NCBI GenBank assembly: GCA_964016885.1
Contig: OZ024756.1
Coordinates: 14,136,001 to 14,200,000, forward strand
Direction: 5' to 3'
From: Eledone cirrhosa
Lineage: Eukaryota
DNA: 64,000 bases
Part shown: one piece after another, positions 39,357 to 52,464 of the stretch
Layout: every line of letters starts with the position of its first letter
How positions within the stretch are numbered: position 1 is the stretch's first letter
The notes under the pieces: model-generated
Database searches by the model: none
What the model saw: the letters and a program-made list of their open reading frames with translations, nothing else
Told to the model about the DNA's origin: nothing
Made by a program: the position numbers and the translations under genes

Positions 39357-39956
39357 GTATGAGATCTGTGGTTGGGGCAAATCTACAGGAAGAAGGAGAG
39401 TGACTTGGTGGTGGATGAAGCAATTAAGGCCAAGAGCCAGGTACGGAAACAATGGAAGAACGGTGGGAGTAGGGTACATTACATACAGACCAGGAGGGAA
39501 GCTAGGCGACAAGTACACTTTGCTAGAAGGGAAGTGGAGGATAAAAAATTCAAGCTTCAGCTTCGGCTTGTACCCGTGGGGGGGTCGGGTCTTCTGTATT
39601 ACTGCGTGACGCCAGAGGTCACGGTCGTGTGTCATCCATCGCCTTTGAGAGGTGTAATGTGTGTGTATATATATATATATATATACATGTGGTTGTGTAG
39701 GTGTCATGACAAAAAAGCACCCAGTCCACACTGTGAAGTGGTCGTGTAGGCACCATGGTAAAAAGCACGCTGTATTCACTGAAAATGAGGTTGGTGTTAG
39801 GAAGGGCATCCAGCTGTAGAAACCAAACCAAAATCAGTTCTGCATGGGCAAGACATGATCACCTGACCTGGCATTGCCCACAACAGGGCAACCTGTCTAA
39901 CCCACGCTAGTGTGGCGGAATGGACATAAAACAGTGATGTTGATGATGATGATGAT
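39357..39956. mobile_element. Rearranged RTE LINE fragments
   Basis: Internal piece (+) ~39357-39557, ORF 3' end inverted (-) ~39558-39655, 3' UTR and tail (+) ~39690-39956. Confidence 0.75.
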
Positions 39957-40151
39957 ACAAATAGATATACACACACACATACATATTATCAACGTACCTG
40001 TATTATTAGCTTTATTTTCCATTTTCTGTCCCGGCACAGCTAAAGTTGTTTAGTTTTCCAGCTTATGAAATAACAAAACAAAAAAACAAAATTAAGAAAT
40101 GTTTTTCTTTTCAAAGATGTCTGAAACGCACACACACATACATATATATAT

Positions 40152-40490
40152 ATCATTTATCATTATCATTTCATTTTACGTCCGCTTTTTCCCTGCTTGC
40201 AAGGGTGGGACGGGAACTGATTCTGGCTTGATTTCTACAGCTGGATGCCCTTCCTAACACCAACCTCATTTACAGTGAGTGCTGGGTGCTTTTTTGCCGT
40301 GGCACCTACACGACCACTTTGCAGTGGAATGATAGGGAACCCAGTCCCTATCATCTCATTTCTACAGCTGAGTAAACTGGAGCAATGTGAAATAAAGTGT
40401 CTTGCTCAAGGAAACAACACATCACCCGGTCTGAGAATTGAACTCACAACCTTTCGATTGCAAGGCCAATGCTCTAACCACTAAGCCAAG
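40152..40490 (-). mobile_element. SINE family A
   Basis: Near-identical to the other family A copies. Confidence 0.9.
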
Positions 40491-40632
40491 TGTCTATATA
40501 TATATATAAGCATTTACAAATGCATACATGTATGCATTTATACACACACACGCATATATATATCCGTATATGTACATTTATATATGTATGTATACACACA
40601 CATATAAATACATATGCATATATATATTTATA

Positions 40633-43540
40633 TAGTTATAAGCTTTTCTGGGTGGGTAATGATGATGGGTTAGGTGGGGTAGGCATTTTACTGGCTGAGA
40701 GATGGATCGATAAGACAATAGAGGTAGTTAGAGTCAGTAATAGAATAATTAAGCTTAGATTAGTTGTAGGCAAGAGACTACTGACAATCATCTCTGCCTA
40801 TGCTCCCCAGGCAGGCCTAGGTAAAGAAGAGAAAGACTGCTTTAACGAGCAACTTTTAGAAACAGCCACAATGACAGAGGATGGAGATATCGTTATACTA
40901 GCAGAGGACTTCAATAGTCATGTTGGACAGCTCCAGGATGGTTACACTGGGGTACATGGTAGTCATGGTTATGGCTCAAGAAATGAAGGAGTGAGGCTTC
41001 TTGAATTTTGTGATGCAAGTCCACTAACCATTTGCAACACTAACTTCCAGAAGCCTACCAACCACCTACCAACCTACATATCAGGTGAGCACATAAGCCA
41101 GATTGACTTCTTGCTAGTTAGGCAGCGAGACAGACAGATGGTGTCAAATACTAAGGCATACCCCGGGGAAGAATGTACCACATAGCATAGGTTAGTCTTT
41201 AGTGACATCTCAGTAAGCAAGAGACAGAATGAGACATACAGGAAGGTGTGGAAAAGAAAGGTCTGGAAGTTAAAAGACCTTTCACTAAAATATAAATTTA
41301 GGAAAGCCTTTCAAGATGTGTATGACGAAAAAGAAGACGATTTAGAGTCGTATGACATAGATGATAACTCAAATTTCTTACGTGACAGCTTACTGCAGGC
41401 TATTGAAGAAATTTGTGGCTGGAGCAGAGCTCTAACCAGACAGTGAGTGACCTGGTGGGGGAACAGCACGGTAGATAGGGCCATTAGAGACAAAAGACTA
41501 GCATGGAATGCTTTAAAAAATGGTGTGAGTAGAGAAGGATATACAGCCGCTAAGAGAGAAGCTAGACGTCAGGTGTACTTAGCACGCAGGGACGCTGAGA
41601 GTAGGAGGTTTGCCAATGTTCTGCGACGGGAAGATCAGAGACGTGCGGTGTTCCGCATTGCAAGGCAGTGTGTCAGTGCAAATCAGGATGTTGTTGGAGA
41701 TAAGTGTGTCTGGAATGATGCAAGTGTACTTAGTGTCACGAATGATCAGAAAAAGGAGGCCTGGAAATGTCATTATGAGAGACTGATGAACGTCGAGAAT
41801 GAATGGGAGAGAGAGAAATTACCCCCAGTAGACCCGACAGAGTGACTAGCTATTGAGATGGACGAATATAGGGTCCAAGAGGCAATTAAGGAAATAAAAA
41901 TTGGTAAGGCCACTGGACCGTCAGTGATAGTTGCTGAGATGCTGACTGCATCAGAAGTAGGCACTAAACTGGTTGAACGCATCATCAATCAAGCTATATA
42001 TGGCGGTGTCATACCCAAAGACTGGTGCAGCAGTATTCTCATAAATTGCTAAAAAGGTAAAGGGGATGCACTGGAGAGGAGCAATTATAGGGGCATAAAA
42101 CTGATGGATCAGGTTATAAATGTGACAGAAAGAATACTAGCGCAACTAATTAGAGAAAGGGTCAAATTAGATGAGATGCAGTTTGGTTTTGTGCCTGGGA
42201 AAAGTACAATAGATGCCCTCTTTTTAGTGAGACAATACAAGAGAGGTACTTAGAGAAGAATAAGCTACTACATTTAGCTTTTGTTGACCTAGAGAAGGCC
42301 TTTGATAGAGTACCCCGATGTCATGTGGTGGTCCCTAAGGAAACTAGGTGTAGAGGAATGGCTTGTGAGGACAGTGCAAGCTATGTACAGAGGTGCTGTC
42401 AGTAAAGTGAGGAATTCCAGATACAAGTAGGAGAACATCAGGGTTTGGTCCTCAGCCCGCTGTTGTTCATTATTGTCCTCTAAGCCATAACAGAAGAGTT
42501 TAAGACTGGCTGTCCATGGGAACTTCTCTATGCTGACGATCTGGTTCTTATAGCAGAATCAGTAGAGGAGCTAGAGAAGAAATTCTGGCTAAGGAAACAG
42601 CAGTTGGAATCAAGAGGACTGAGAGTGAACCTAGCTAAGACTAAAGTGTTGATAAAACTGAGGACAAAACTGATTCCGTCAGGGAAATGGCCATGTTCGA
42701 TATGTAGAAAAGGAACTGGCATAAATTCTATAAAATGTACACAATGCAGATCTTGGGTACACAAGAGATGTAGTGGGATAGCAGGCAAACTAACAGGTAG
42801 GGAAAACTATGTATGCAGTAGATGTACAGGGAAAGTTGGCAGTAGTAATCGCAGTGATAGACACATTTTTCAAATGCAGGCGGGTTCTATAGAAGTTATT
42901 GATAGCTTCCGGTACCTAGGTTATTAGATTAGCATGGGAGGGGGGTGGGGTGCCAAGGCTATAGTATCTAGAATAAGGACTGGTTGGAAGAAGCTTAGGG
43001 AGCTGCTTCCTCTGTTGACAAAGAAGGGTTTCTCCCTGCGTACGAAAGGACGGTTATATGATGCCCGTGTGAGATGTGCAATGCTGCATGGTAGTGAGAC
43101 ATGGGCAGCAACTAAAGAGGATATGCAACGGCTGGAGAGCAATGAAACAAGCATGTCCGTAAGATGTGCAATGTCAATGTGCATGAACGACCAAGCATAG
43201 ATGAGTTGAGAGAGAAACTGTGTATAAGAGGGATAAGTTGTGGTGTGCAGTAGAGAAGGCTGAGATGGTATGGACATGTGATGGGCATGGAAGATGGGGA
43301 TGACCGCTGGGTAAAGAAGTGCCAAGAAATGCCAGTAGAAGGAAGACGCAGTAGAGGAAGACGCAGTAGAGGAAGACCACGAAAAACATGGGTGGAGGTG
43401 GTGAGAGCAGACCTCAGAACACTGAAGCTCACGGTGGAGATGACGAAGGACCGTGACAAGTGGAGAGATGCTGTGCTGAATAGGACCCATCCCACCCTTG
43501 CAAGTAGGGAAAAGAGGACATATGATAATGATAATGATGA
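40633..43540 (+). mobile_element. 5'-truncated decayed RTE-clade LINE (APE, RT, PHD-like finger)
   Basis: YKLFW...SAYAPQ...QIDFLL; LYADDL at ~42527; WPCSICRKGTGINSIKCTQCRSWVHKRCSG...YVCSRC; LHGSETW; 3' tail. Confidence 0.92.
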
Positions 43541-44044
43541 TATTCATATATATAGGTTGGTGTTAGGTGGGAGGTTGGTGTTAGGAATGGCATCCAACTG
43601 TAGAAATCAAGCCAGAATCAGTTTCCCGTCCAACCCTTGCAAGCAGGGAAAAGTGGATGTAAAATGAAATGATGATGAAATGATACATTTATATATGCAT
43701 ACACACATATTATATATATATATATAAATACATATGCATATCTATATTCATATATGTACATTTATAATAATAATGAAAATTATTGGTACAGTGCTCAGGT
43801 GCACTACATTGCATGTATACACACATATAAATACATATGCATATATATACCTTTATATATATACCTTTATATATGCACACACACACACATTATATGCCGA
43901 GGTTAACTTTGCCTTTCATCGATAAAATAAAGTACCAGTAATGCACTGGGGTAATAGCTGGCCTTGTGCCAAACGTAGAAACAATTATATATATATACAT
44001 CATCATCATCATTTTACGTCCGCTGATGATGATGTATATATATA

Positions 44045-44096
<52 letters not shown>

Positions 44097-44097
<1 letters not shown>

Positions 44098-44354
44098 GTG
44101 TTGTTTCCTTGAGCAAGACACTTTATTTCACATTGCTCCAGTTTACTCAGCTGTAGAAATGAGATGATAGGGACTGGGGTCCCTATCATTCCACTGCAAA
44201 GTGGTCGTGGAGGTGCCACGGCAAAAAAGCCCCCAGCACTCACTGTAAATGAGGTTGGTGTTAGGAAGGGCATCCAGCTGTAGAAATCAAGCCAGAATCA
44301 GTTCCCGTCCCACCCTTGCAAGCAGGGAAAAGCGGACGTAAGATGAAATGATGA
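44097..44354 (+). mobile_element. SINE family A, 5'-truncated
   Basis: Lacks the tRNA head; the remainder matches family A. Confidence 0.85.
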
Positions 44355-44944
44355 AATTATGACAGAAATAGATTGACAGAATCACAATAGCACAACAGTA
44401 TTATTTAAACATAATACTTATACAACCGTAGTCAGCTGTTGTTAAACCGACAATACACTAAGCTTGAATTTTGCACTCACTTGTGTTATATATATATACA
44501 CACACACACATATATATACAGCTATATATTTTATATATTTCTTTTTCTTCTTTTAAGAACAAGTTTTTTTGTTGTCAATATAACAGCATTATTAGTCTTT
44601 TTTTAATTTTATATTCACTCATGTATAAATCTAGTATTCATATATGATGGTCTGTTTATATGTGTGTGTATATATAAATATGTATTCCTGCTCTGCTGTC
44701 TATATTTTATTCCCAGTCAACATTTGATTATATATTAATAGAAGGTTTCAATAACGTTTTTATTTGTTTTCTTCTGCAAATGGCAGCTTCAAGTTGACTG
44801 AAGTGAAGTGCGTGACTGCGAGTCACATTTCTTCATATCAACTTCATTTCGTAAGCTCCGCCAAGGAATTTACAGAATGCTGGATATATATATATATATA
44901 CAATGATATTAAATAAATGGAAACTATATTTACAAAACCATATT

Positions 44945-45016
44945 TATTCTATATATATATTTCAAGGGTACCAAAATAAAAAAACAAACTTTGGTACGCT
45001 TTCATCAGATAAAATA
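44945..45016 (-). ncRNA. Hammerhead ribozyme (family H1, divergent stem II)
   Basis: UAUUUUAU-CUGAUGA-AAG-C-GUACCAAA(loop)UUUGGUAC-C-CUU-GAAA-UAUAUAU-AUAGAAUA, within a fold-back at ~44900-45220. Confidence 0.68.
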
Positions 45017-45274
45017 CAAAGTTTGTTTTATAAATATTGACATACCCAGGAAAATCATACCTTATCAGTTAAATATATATAATAGAATAAATATGGTTTT
45101 ATAAATATAGTTTCCATTTATTTAATATCATTGAATACTTACTCCAAAAATTTGTCGAGTGCTCTGAATCAGTTATAAACATCTATATTTGTTGGATTTC
45201 CAACAAATTAAATATCCCTTCTACACACACATATATATATATATATATATTACTATTCAAACATCGTAGTTTAT

Positions 45275-45306
<32 letters not shown>

Positions 45307-45376
45307 CCAGGAAGCTCCAACCGTTAAGGTTGTCTTTTTTCCGGGTATGTCAATATTTATTTATAAAACAAATCTG

Positions 45377-45442
45377 TATTTTATCTGAGGAAAGCGCACC
45401 ATAATTTGCCTTGGTTGCCCTTGAAATATGTATAATAAAATA
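45377..45442 (+). ncRNA. Hammerhead ribozyme (family H1)
   Basis: Core CUGAGGA (differs only at the variable N7 position); same stems as 38381-38446. The element at 45307-45480 lies between (TA)n tracts. Confidence 0.72.
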
Positions 45443-46257
45443 AATATGGTTTTATAAATATAGTTTCCATTTATTAATATATATATATATATATTTATGA
45501 TACCCGGAAGGGGATCTCTGTGAGATATACGAGCAATATATATCTATACACGTAATTAGAGTAGTAATATACAGGATGTCTCCCACCGAAATGTATATAC
45601 ACTTTGAGTTATCTACTGTTGAAGTGTGTATACATTTTTAGGACGCCACATATATATATATGTGTATCCCGGGTTCAATCGGGGGGTAACCACAGTAACT
45701 AAGGTACTCAATACATTAATAGAGTATATATAATATTTAATATAGAAATGGCTTCTACAGGACTAGAACTGTTTCATTCGAAGGAAATATATATATATAT
45801 ATATATATTTAATATAGAATCATTAGAGAGGTTGCCCAGTGCTCGCGGCGTTGCTGTCTTTTGCTCTGATGTTGGCTCCGTTGTTCACCCCTTCCTTTAA
45901 ATTTTCTTTAATATTGTAACATTAAAAGAATATATCTTTCATTGTATCATCCTTTATAGTGTTGATAGTTCTTTTTATATATACTTACCTCTCTATCTCA
46001 TTACACCGTTATTTCTAGCCAAGCTGATACTTCGAAGTCATATAGAAATGGCTTCTACAGGACTAGAACTGTTTCATTCGAAGGAAATATATATATATAA
46101 ATATATATAGAATGCTGTTAGCTTCTTGCTAAAACAATCTCTATACCTCTCAAACGGTTATATCTAGATATATAGTGATCTCTCGATAAATAAATAGAGG
46201 AGACATGGAAGGTTTACAACGGCTATATAGTAACTCTTTGTTGTCAAAGAGTGTTTT

Positions 46258-46315
<58 letters not shown>

Positions 46316-46359
46316 AAATTGAAGCACTTTGCGTCACATGTACGGTGACTACCTTAATG

Positions 46360-46410
<51 letters not shown>

Positions 46411-46914
46411 GATCTCTTCTCTCTCTCGTTTACCCACTATTGTCTATTTACTCATCTACCACGCATAAAACGAAAGAGAAACATCGAGAAGCTTGTATAG
46501 ACGTGTTCGTAAATTAGTATATATACACATGTAATGGGATGTGTATAGACGATTGATTATTGTATGCATGTACATATATATATATATGTGTGTGTAAATC
46601 TATGTGTATAAATATATATATATGTATGCATATATATATATATATATATGTGTGTGTGTATTTGTTGTGTTTTGGTAATGTTTTTGGCCTGTACATGTAA
46701 TAGGTGTATATACGATTGATATTTGATAGAATATATACAGTATATAATATATACATATACATACATGTGTAAATGTTTCTGGCCAATGAATATAGACACA
46801 TAAATACAGACACATGTATGTGTGTATATATATATATATATATACATAAATACATAGACACATGTATGTGTGTATATATATATATATATATACATAAATA
46901 CATAGACACATGTA

Positions 46915-46962
<48 letters not shown>

Positions 46963-47035
46963 CACGGAGGGAGAGAACAGTGATTCTTTTTCCTCTGATG
47001 GGGCAGTTAGTAAACTGCCAATGTTTCCCCCACTT

Positions 47036-47067
<32 letters not shown>

Positions 47068-47287
47068 CACACACACATATATATACATATATACATATAC
47101 ATTCATATAAGTTATAATATAAAGTGTTTGTATAAAAATAAATGAAATGATAACATACAGTGTACCCGAGGTTGCGTCAGGCTACATCGTAAAGCTTGCA
47201 CAGATTCTAAAGGAAGTGCGGAAATAGATTAAAAAACGTATTAGAGAGAGAAGAGGGTGAGAGAGATAGAAAGTGTTAGAGGAGAGT

Positions 47288-47358
<71 letters not shown>

Positions 47359-47789
47359 GCGTGTGTTTTTTTTGTGTTTAAGCGCGCGCGTAGATCAGAG
47401 TGAAAGAGTAAGGGAGAGAGTGTGGAAGAACGAAAGAGTAAGGCAGAGAGTGTGGAAGAACGAAAGTAAGGGAGAGATAGAGAGAGTGTTGGAATGAAAG
47501 CGTAAGAGTAAGTGAGAGAGTGTGTGTTGGAGTGAAAGTGTAAGAGAGAGAGAGAGAGAGAGCGCGCGCGTGTGTGTGTATGTGTGTGTTGGAGTGAAAG
47601 TGTAAGATTAAGAGAGAGATAGTGTGTGTGTGTTGGAATGAAAGAGTGAGAGATAAGGAGGAGGAGAAATGAAAGAAGGAAAATTAATGAAAGAACAGAG
47701 TAAAGGACTAAACACTCTCTCTCTTACCGCTCCTCCTCTTCTCCCGTGAAAAAAGAGAAAAAGTGGATAAAATGATAGAGAAGAAATGA

Positions 47790-48440
47790 GAGAGAGAAAG
47801 AGGAAATGAGAGAGGAAATGAAAGACAGAGAGAGAGAGTGGAAATGAAAGAGAGAGAGGAGGAAATGAAAGACAGAGAGAGAGAGAGGAAATGAAAGACA
47901 GAGAGAGAGAGGAAATGAAAGAGAGAGAGAGAGGAAATGAAAGACAGAGAGAGAGAGGAAATGAAAGAGAGAGAGAGAGAGAGAAAATGAAAGAGAGAGA
48001 GAGAGAGAGGAAATGAAAGACAGAGAGGAAATGAAAGAGAAAGAGAGAGAGGAAATGAAAGACAGAGAGAGAGAGGAAATGAAAGAGAGAGGGAGGAAAT
48101 GAAAGAGAAAGAGAGAGGAAATGAAAGAGAGAGAGAGAGAAGGAAATGAAAGAGAGAGAGAGGAAATGAAAGAGAGAGAGAGAGAGGAAATAAAAGAGAG
48201 AGAGAGAGAGAGGAAATGAAAGAGAGAGAGAGAGGAAATGAAAGAGAGAGAGAGAGGAAATGAAAGAGAGAGGGAGGAAATGAAAGAGAAAGAGAGATGA
48301 AATGAAAGACAGAGAGAGAGGCAATGAAAGAGAGAGAGAGGAAATGAAAGAGAGAGAGGAAATGAAAGACAGAGAGTGAAAGAGAAAGAGAGAGAGGAAA
48401 TGAAAGAGAGAGGAAATGAAAGAGAAAAAGAGAGAGATAG
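47790..48440. repeat. Polypurine minisatellite GAGGAAATGAAA(GA)n
   Basis: Read directly; the overlapping 354-aa ORF is a low-complexity artefact. Confidence 0.9.
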
Positions 48441-48574
48441 TAATTAACAAAGCTTTCTCCACATCCGCCCCCCCCCCTCCTTCTATCTTAAACTGTCGGG
48501 TGTATAACAACGGAATTATGGGAACAGCTGACTGACGGAGACCGGATTTACTGGGCCTAAACACTTGTTTGCTG

Positions 48575-49330
48575 CTGGTGGTGGTGGTGATCGTTGCTAT
48601 AGTGATGGTGGTAGAGAAGGTGGTGCCGGTGGCGGTTATCGTTACTATAGTGATGGTGGTGGTGGTGGTCATCGTTGCTATAGTGGTGATGGTGAATGTG
48701 GCGGCGGTTGTTATGGTGGTTATACTAGTGGCGATGATGGTGGTGGTGGTGGTGACGGCCTCTGGACGTCGTTGCTATAGTGATGGTGGTGGTGGTGGTC
48801 ATCGTTGCTATAGTGGTGATGGTGAATGAGGCGGCGGTTGTTATGTTGGTTATACTAGTGGCGGTGGTGGTGGTGACGGCCTTTGGACGTCGTTGCTATA
48901 GTGATGGTGGTGGTGGCCATCGTTGCTATAGTGGTGATGGTGAATGAGGCGGCGGTTGTTATGGTGGTTATACTAGTGGCGATGGTGGTGGTGGTGGTGA
49001 CGGTGACGGCCTTTGGACGTCGTTGCTATGGTGATGGTGGTGGTGGTCATCGTTGCTATAGTGGTGATGGTGAATGTGGCGGCGGTTGTTATGGTGGTTA
49101 TACTAGTGGCGATGGTGGTGGTGGTGGAGGTGACGGCCTTTGGACGTCGTTGCTATAGTGATGGTGGTGGTGGTCATCGTTGCTATAGTGGTGGTGGTGA
49201 TACTGGTGGTGGTGGTGAAGGTAGTGGTGATACTAGTGGTGGTGGTCATCGTTGCTATAGTGGTGGTGGTGGTGATGGTGGTGGTGTTAATCGTGGAAGT
49301 AGTGGTGTTGATGGTGGTTGTGAGGGCGAT
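48575..49330. repeat. (GGT)-rich tandem repeat with ~120-130 bp higher-order unit
   Basis: About 4 copies of GGACGTCGTTGCTATAGTGATGG...ATACTAGTGGCG...GACGGCCT. Confidence 0.85.
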
Positions 49331-49592
49331 GGGGATTGAGATAGCTGGGATATGATCACAGTTTTTAATACTTACAGCGAGACTATTTATGTAAACATAT
49401 CAAACATCTTGTGGGTTCATCTAGAATTTTAGTTTGGGTCCCACTGTCTTAATGCCATCGTTGCTATATATTAGCTGTTGAAACGGCAAGAGCTCAGCCG
49501 TCGGGGTCCCTACTCTTTCATATAACCATACTCTGCTACCCAAAGTATTGAAAACTCTGGTGAGTAATGGTCTAATTAGATTTTTACTGTAA

Positions 49593-49644
<52 letters not shown>

Positions 49645-49720
49645 CCTGTTATTTTTATCTAAAGACATTTTTTCCAATTCCTTCCCGCCCGTCTCCTCAA
49701 TCTATTTTATTTCTTATTCT

Positions 49721-49758
49721 TTCTGCTGACGAAGGACTAGCGTCCGAAACGTTAAGAC
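49721..49758 (+). ncRNA. Minimal hammerhead ribozyme with palindromic stem III
   Basis: CUGACGA-A-GGAC(UAGC)GUCC-GAAACGUU-AAGA. AACGUU is palindromic; stem I pairs only partly. Confidence 0.6.
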
Positions 49759-49909
49759 CCTCTTCCTGCTATATCAAGCGTTAACCTCATATATACCTTC
49801 CATATACTGTACCGATCGTGTTGTTATTTCTGTTTACCTTTTACATACATATATAATTGAAAAAGTGGAGAATAACATGGTCAACAGTACAAAAAAGGAG
49901 ATTTATTTA

Positions 49910-50018
49910 CAGTCTAACAATTGTTTCACTGATAGAGTTGTCTAAAAATTGCTAAACACTGAAAGTAGTGCCACTCAATTTAAAATACATGTTGGCTCCA
50001 TCATTTCTTCAGAAACTG
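49910..50018 (-). ncRNA. Hammerhead ribozyme with long stem II loop
   Basis: CAGUUU-CUGAAGA-AA-UGAUGGAG(58 nt)CUCUAUCA-GU-GAAA-CAAUUG-U-U-AGACUG: 6-bp stem I, 8-bp stem II, palindromic AACAAUUGUU. Confidence 0.72.
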
Positions 50019-50149
50019 AAGAAATGATGGAGCCAACATATATATACACATGTGTGTGTATGTGTGAAAGAGTGTGTGTGTGTATTGAACAATAAAAATA
50101 AAGCAAAAGGCGAGGATATATTCTTAATTAGTTCGTTGTTGTATATATA

Positions 50150-50960
50150 CTATATAACTGGTTGCGGGCTCTAACACAAATGTTATATGCCTTGACTTCA
50201 GGAATACTTTTGATAGGTGAAATGCTCGTCGCATCTAACAACACCGGAGACCTTGACAACAACTTAAGCACGACTACTCACTTAAGAAGCAAAGTTGACT
50301 TGGCCCGCAGAATGTCTTCCTGGATTCTTAGAGCTTTCTGGTCAAGAGTTATTCGCACAATTATCTTTTTCTTAACTCCCTTTGCCTGGCTCCACCGTGA
50401 ATACTGTTGATCACTGTGGCCTCCTCACGCAAAATAGAGTATTATGAAAATTGAAGCACTCCCAGATGTCAATTATAAAACAGATACTCAGCATGACGGG
50501 CCTTAACTACTGGGGTCGACTAGAAAAAACTCAACGTTGTCGTGAGCACCACATCATTTGCATGATGTGAAAAATATTGCATCAATATCACCTTAATGCT
50601 TTAATACAGGTAAAATTCCGTTAGAACGAATACCATTATAGCGATTTTTTTTTCAATCCCAGGCCACAAGCTCGATGTGTTTCGGTCAATCTCGTTATAA
50701 AGAATGTTTTATACCACGTAAATTTCGTTATAATGGAATTTCACTATATCCACTCATGGCTTGGTCCCTGTGCTATCTGTCTCCTATAAAATCCGGCCTA
50801 TTAGCCCCGCTCTCTTTAATATAATTACTGGAATACACCAAAACAGAAATAAATCCCACGAAATTCAAGAGGTCCCTGAACAAAACCCCCTACACCCGGG
50901 TGTCTATGGCAACAATAACTCTTTACTAGAGTGGGTCATAGTTTCCTAAACATGACTGCT
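50150..50960 (+). mobile_element. Highly decayed CR1/L2-like LINE 3' fragment
   Basis: Remnants ARRMSSWILRAF...EYC..LW.P and NYWGRL resemble CR1-group C-termini; interrupted by a MITE. Confidence 0.5.
50607..50746. mobile_element. Tc1/mariner-pogo-type MITE
   Basis: Imperfect TIRs CAGGTAAAATTCCGTTAGAACGAA / TTCGTTATAATGGAATTTCACTA, with TA on each side. Confidence 0.6.
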
Positions 50961-51554
50961 ATGAAATAGGAGTTGAAAAACTTCGCCAATTGATGCTATT
51001 AAGTTTGACAGGTCCTGGGTTAATACATACATGATGATGGCTGCCCCCTCGTTATCGAGTATGGCCATTGCACGATTACCATTATTAATAATTATTAATT
51101 AATTCTATCGTGCAATGACTGTGCGTGAAGATATTTTTTAAAGTAAGGAAAGACTCTGCACTGAGCCAATCCCACTCTCTGAGCGACAGTAGCTATAACC
51201 CGAAAAGAAGAAATGATCAACATCATCGGTAACTACTGAGCCGCAGGTTTTATATCGGAGTTATCCCAGTTTCCCGACGACTATTTCTATGTCACCGCGC
51301 ATATACATACACCCATGTATATACACATACATACATATGTACATGTGTATATACATATTTACACACTTTCGGATGGCCGTTGACTCTTATGAGTTCTTCC
51401 GCCCTTCCATACATACATACATACATACATACATACATACATAGACGAACACATAATACATACATGCATTACATACACGTAGACACACACACACACACAC
51501 ACACACAATACATACATAACACATGCATGCATGTATGTATACACACATACATCC

Positions 51555-52080
51555 ATAACAGACCAGGGAAAAGAAGGCATACACAGTAGTGGAGGTTAGC
51601 TGCCCAGCAGATGCCAATATAATATCATAGATTAGCGAAAAGGAGAATATCTATGCAGAACTAATGAGAAATCTACAGATACTCCACCCTGACTATACCT
51701 TCAGATTTATACCTGTGATTATTGGGGCACTGGGATATGTTAGTAACTGCCTCAATACAAATCTGGTGAAGCTGGGCTTCACAGAAACATAAAGAACACG
51801 ACTAGTTAGGAAATTACAAGTAAAATCCATTAATGGAACAGTAAACATATGTAAAACAGTCCCAAACTTCTGCATCTAACAACTGCATATACACATGTAC
51901 AGATACAAAGCATATGCACAACTCAAAACATAAACCTACACACATGCAATAGCATCCATACCTACACACATGCATACATACATATATACCTAGTTGATGT
52001 ATAAATCCAAATGAGAGTGTCTGGTGTCTATGTTAGAAACCGACCGTCCCTCTATTGGCAAAAAATTATGAAATTATAAA
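51555..52080 (+). mobile_element. 3' fragment of R4/Dong-like non-LTR element (restriction-like endonuclease C-terminus)
   Basis: Translates ...VVEVSCPADANII..EKENIYAELMRNLQILHPDYTFRFIPVIIGALG...NGTVNICKT with stops; embedded in (TACA)n. Confidence 0.65.
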
Positions 52081-52285
52081 ACCAGAAGAACATATGTACC
52101 TTATTTTTTTTCTTCTCTCGATATTTATAATTCCTTTATTTTTCCGTAAAGAAAAAATAATTCACTTTTTAGAACGCGTGCGCGTACGATTTATGCGTAG
52201 GTGTGAAGAGGAAAACAGTGTTCAACCAGGATTGAGAGCTGATATAGTATATTATATTATCTATTTATGTTCATACACGGAGCAA

Positions 52286-52374
52286 AAGTGCTACCTAAGG
52301 TTTCAAGACCCAATATTGACCATATCTCCAGAATGTAAGAGAGATGTAATTTGTGACCTAATCTTCAGGCGCTT
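52286..52374 (-). ncRNA. Hammerhead-like motif with enlarged stem II domain
   Basis: AAGCGC-CUGAAGA-(57 nt)-GAAA-CC(UUA)GG-U-A-GCACUU. Its 5' part is duplicated in inverted orientation at 52399-52425. The base of stem II is imperfect. Confidence 0.55.
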
Positions 52375-52464
52375 ATATAAGTTTGAAAATACCGTAAAAA
52401 GCGTCTGAAGATTAGGCCACAAATTCGATTCCTCTTAAAACCTCTCTCTATATATATATATATT

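Noticed and set aside
49369-49470. Possible first exon of the zinc-finger gene (minus-strand GTAAGTA donor at ~49375)
   Set aside because: The nearby ATGs I traced hit stops before the donor and there is no MSRRKQ-like motif. A non-coding exon cannot be supported without RNA data.
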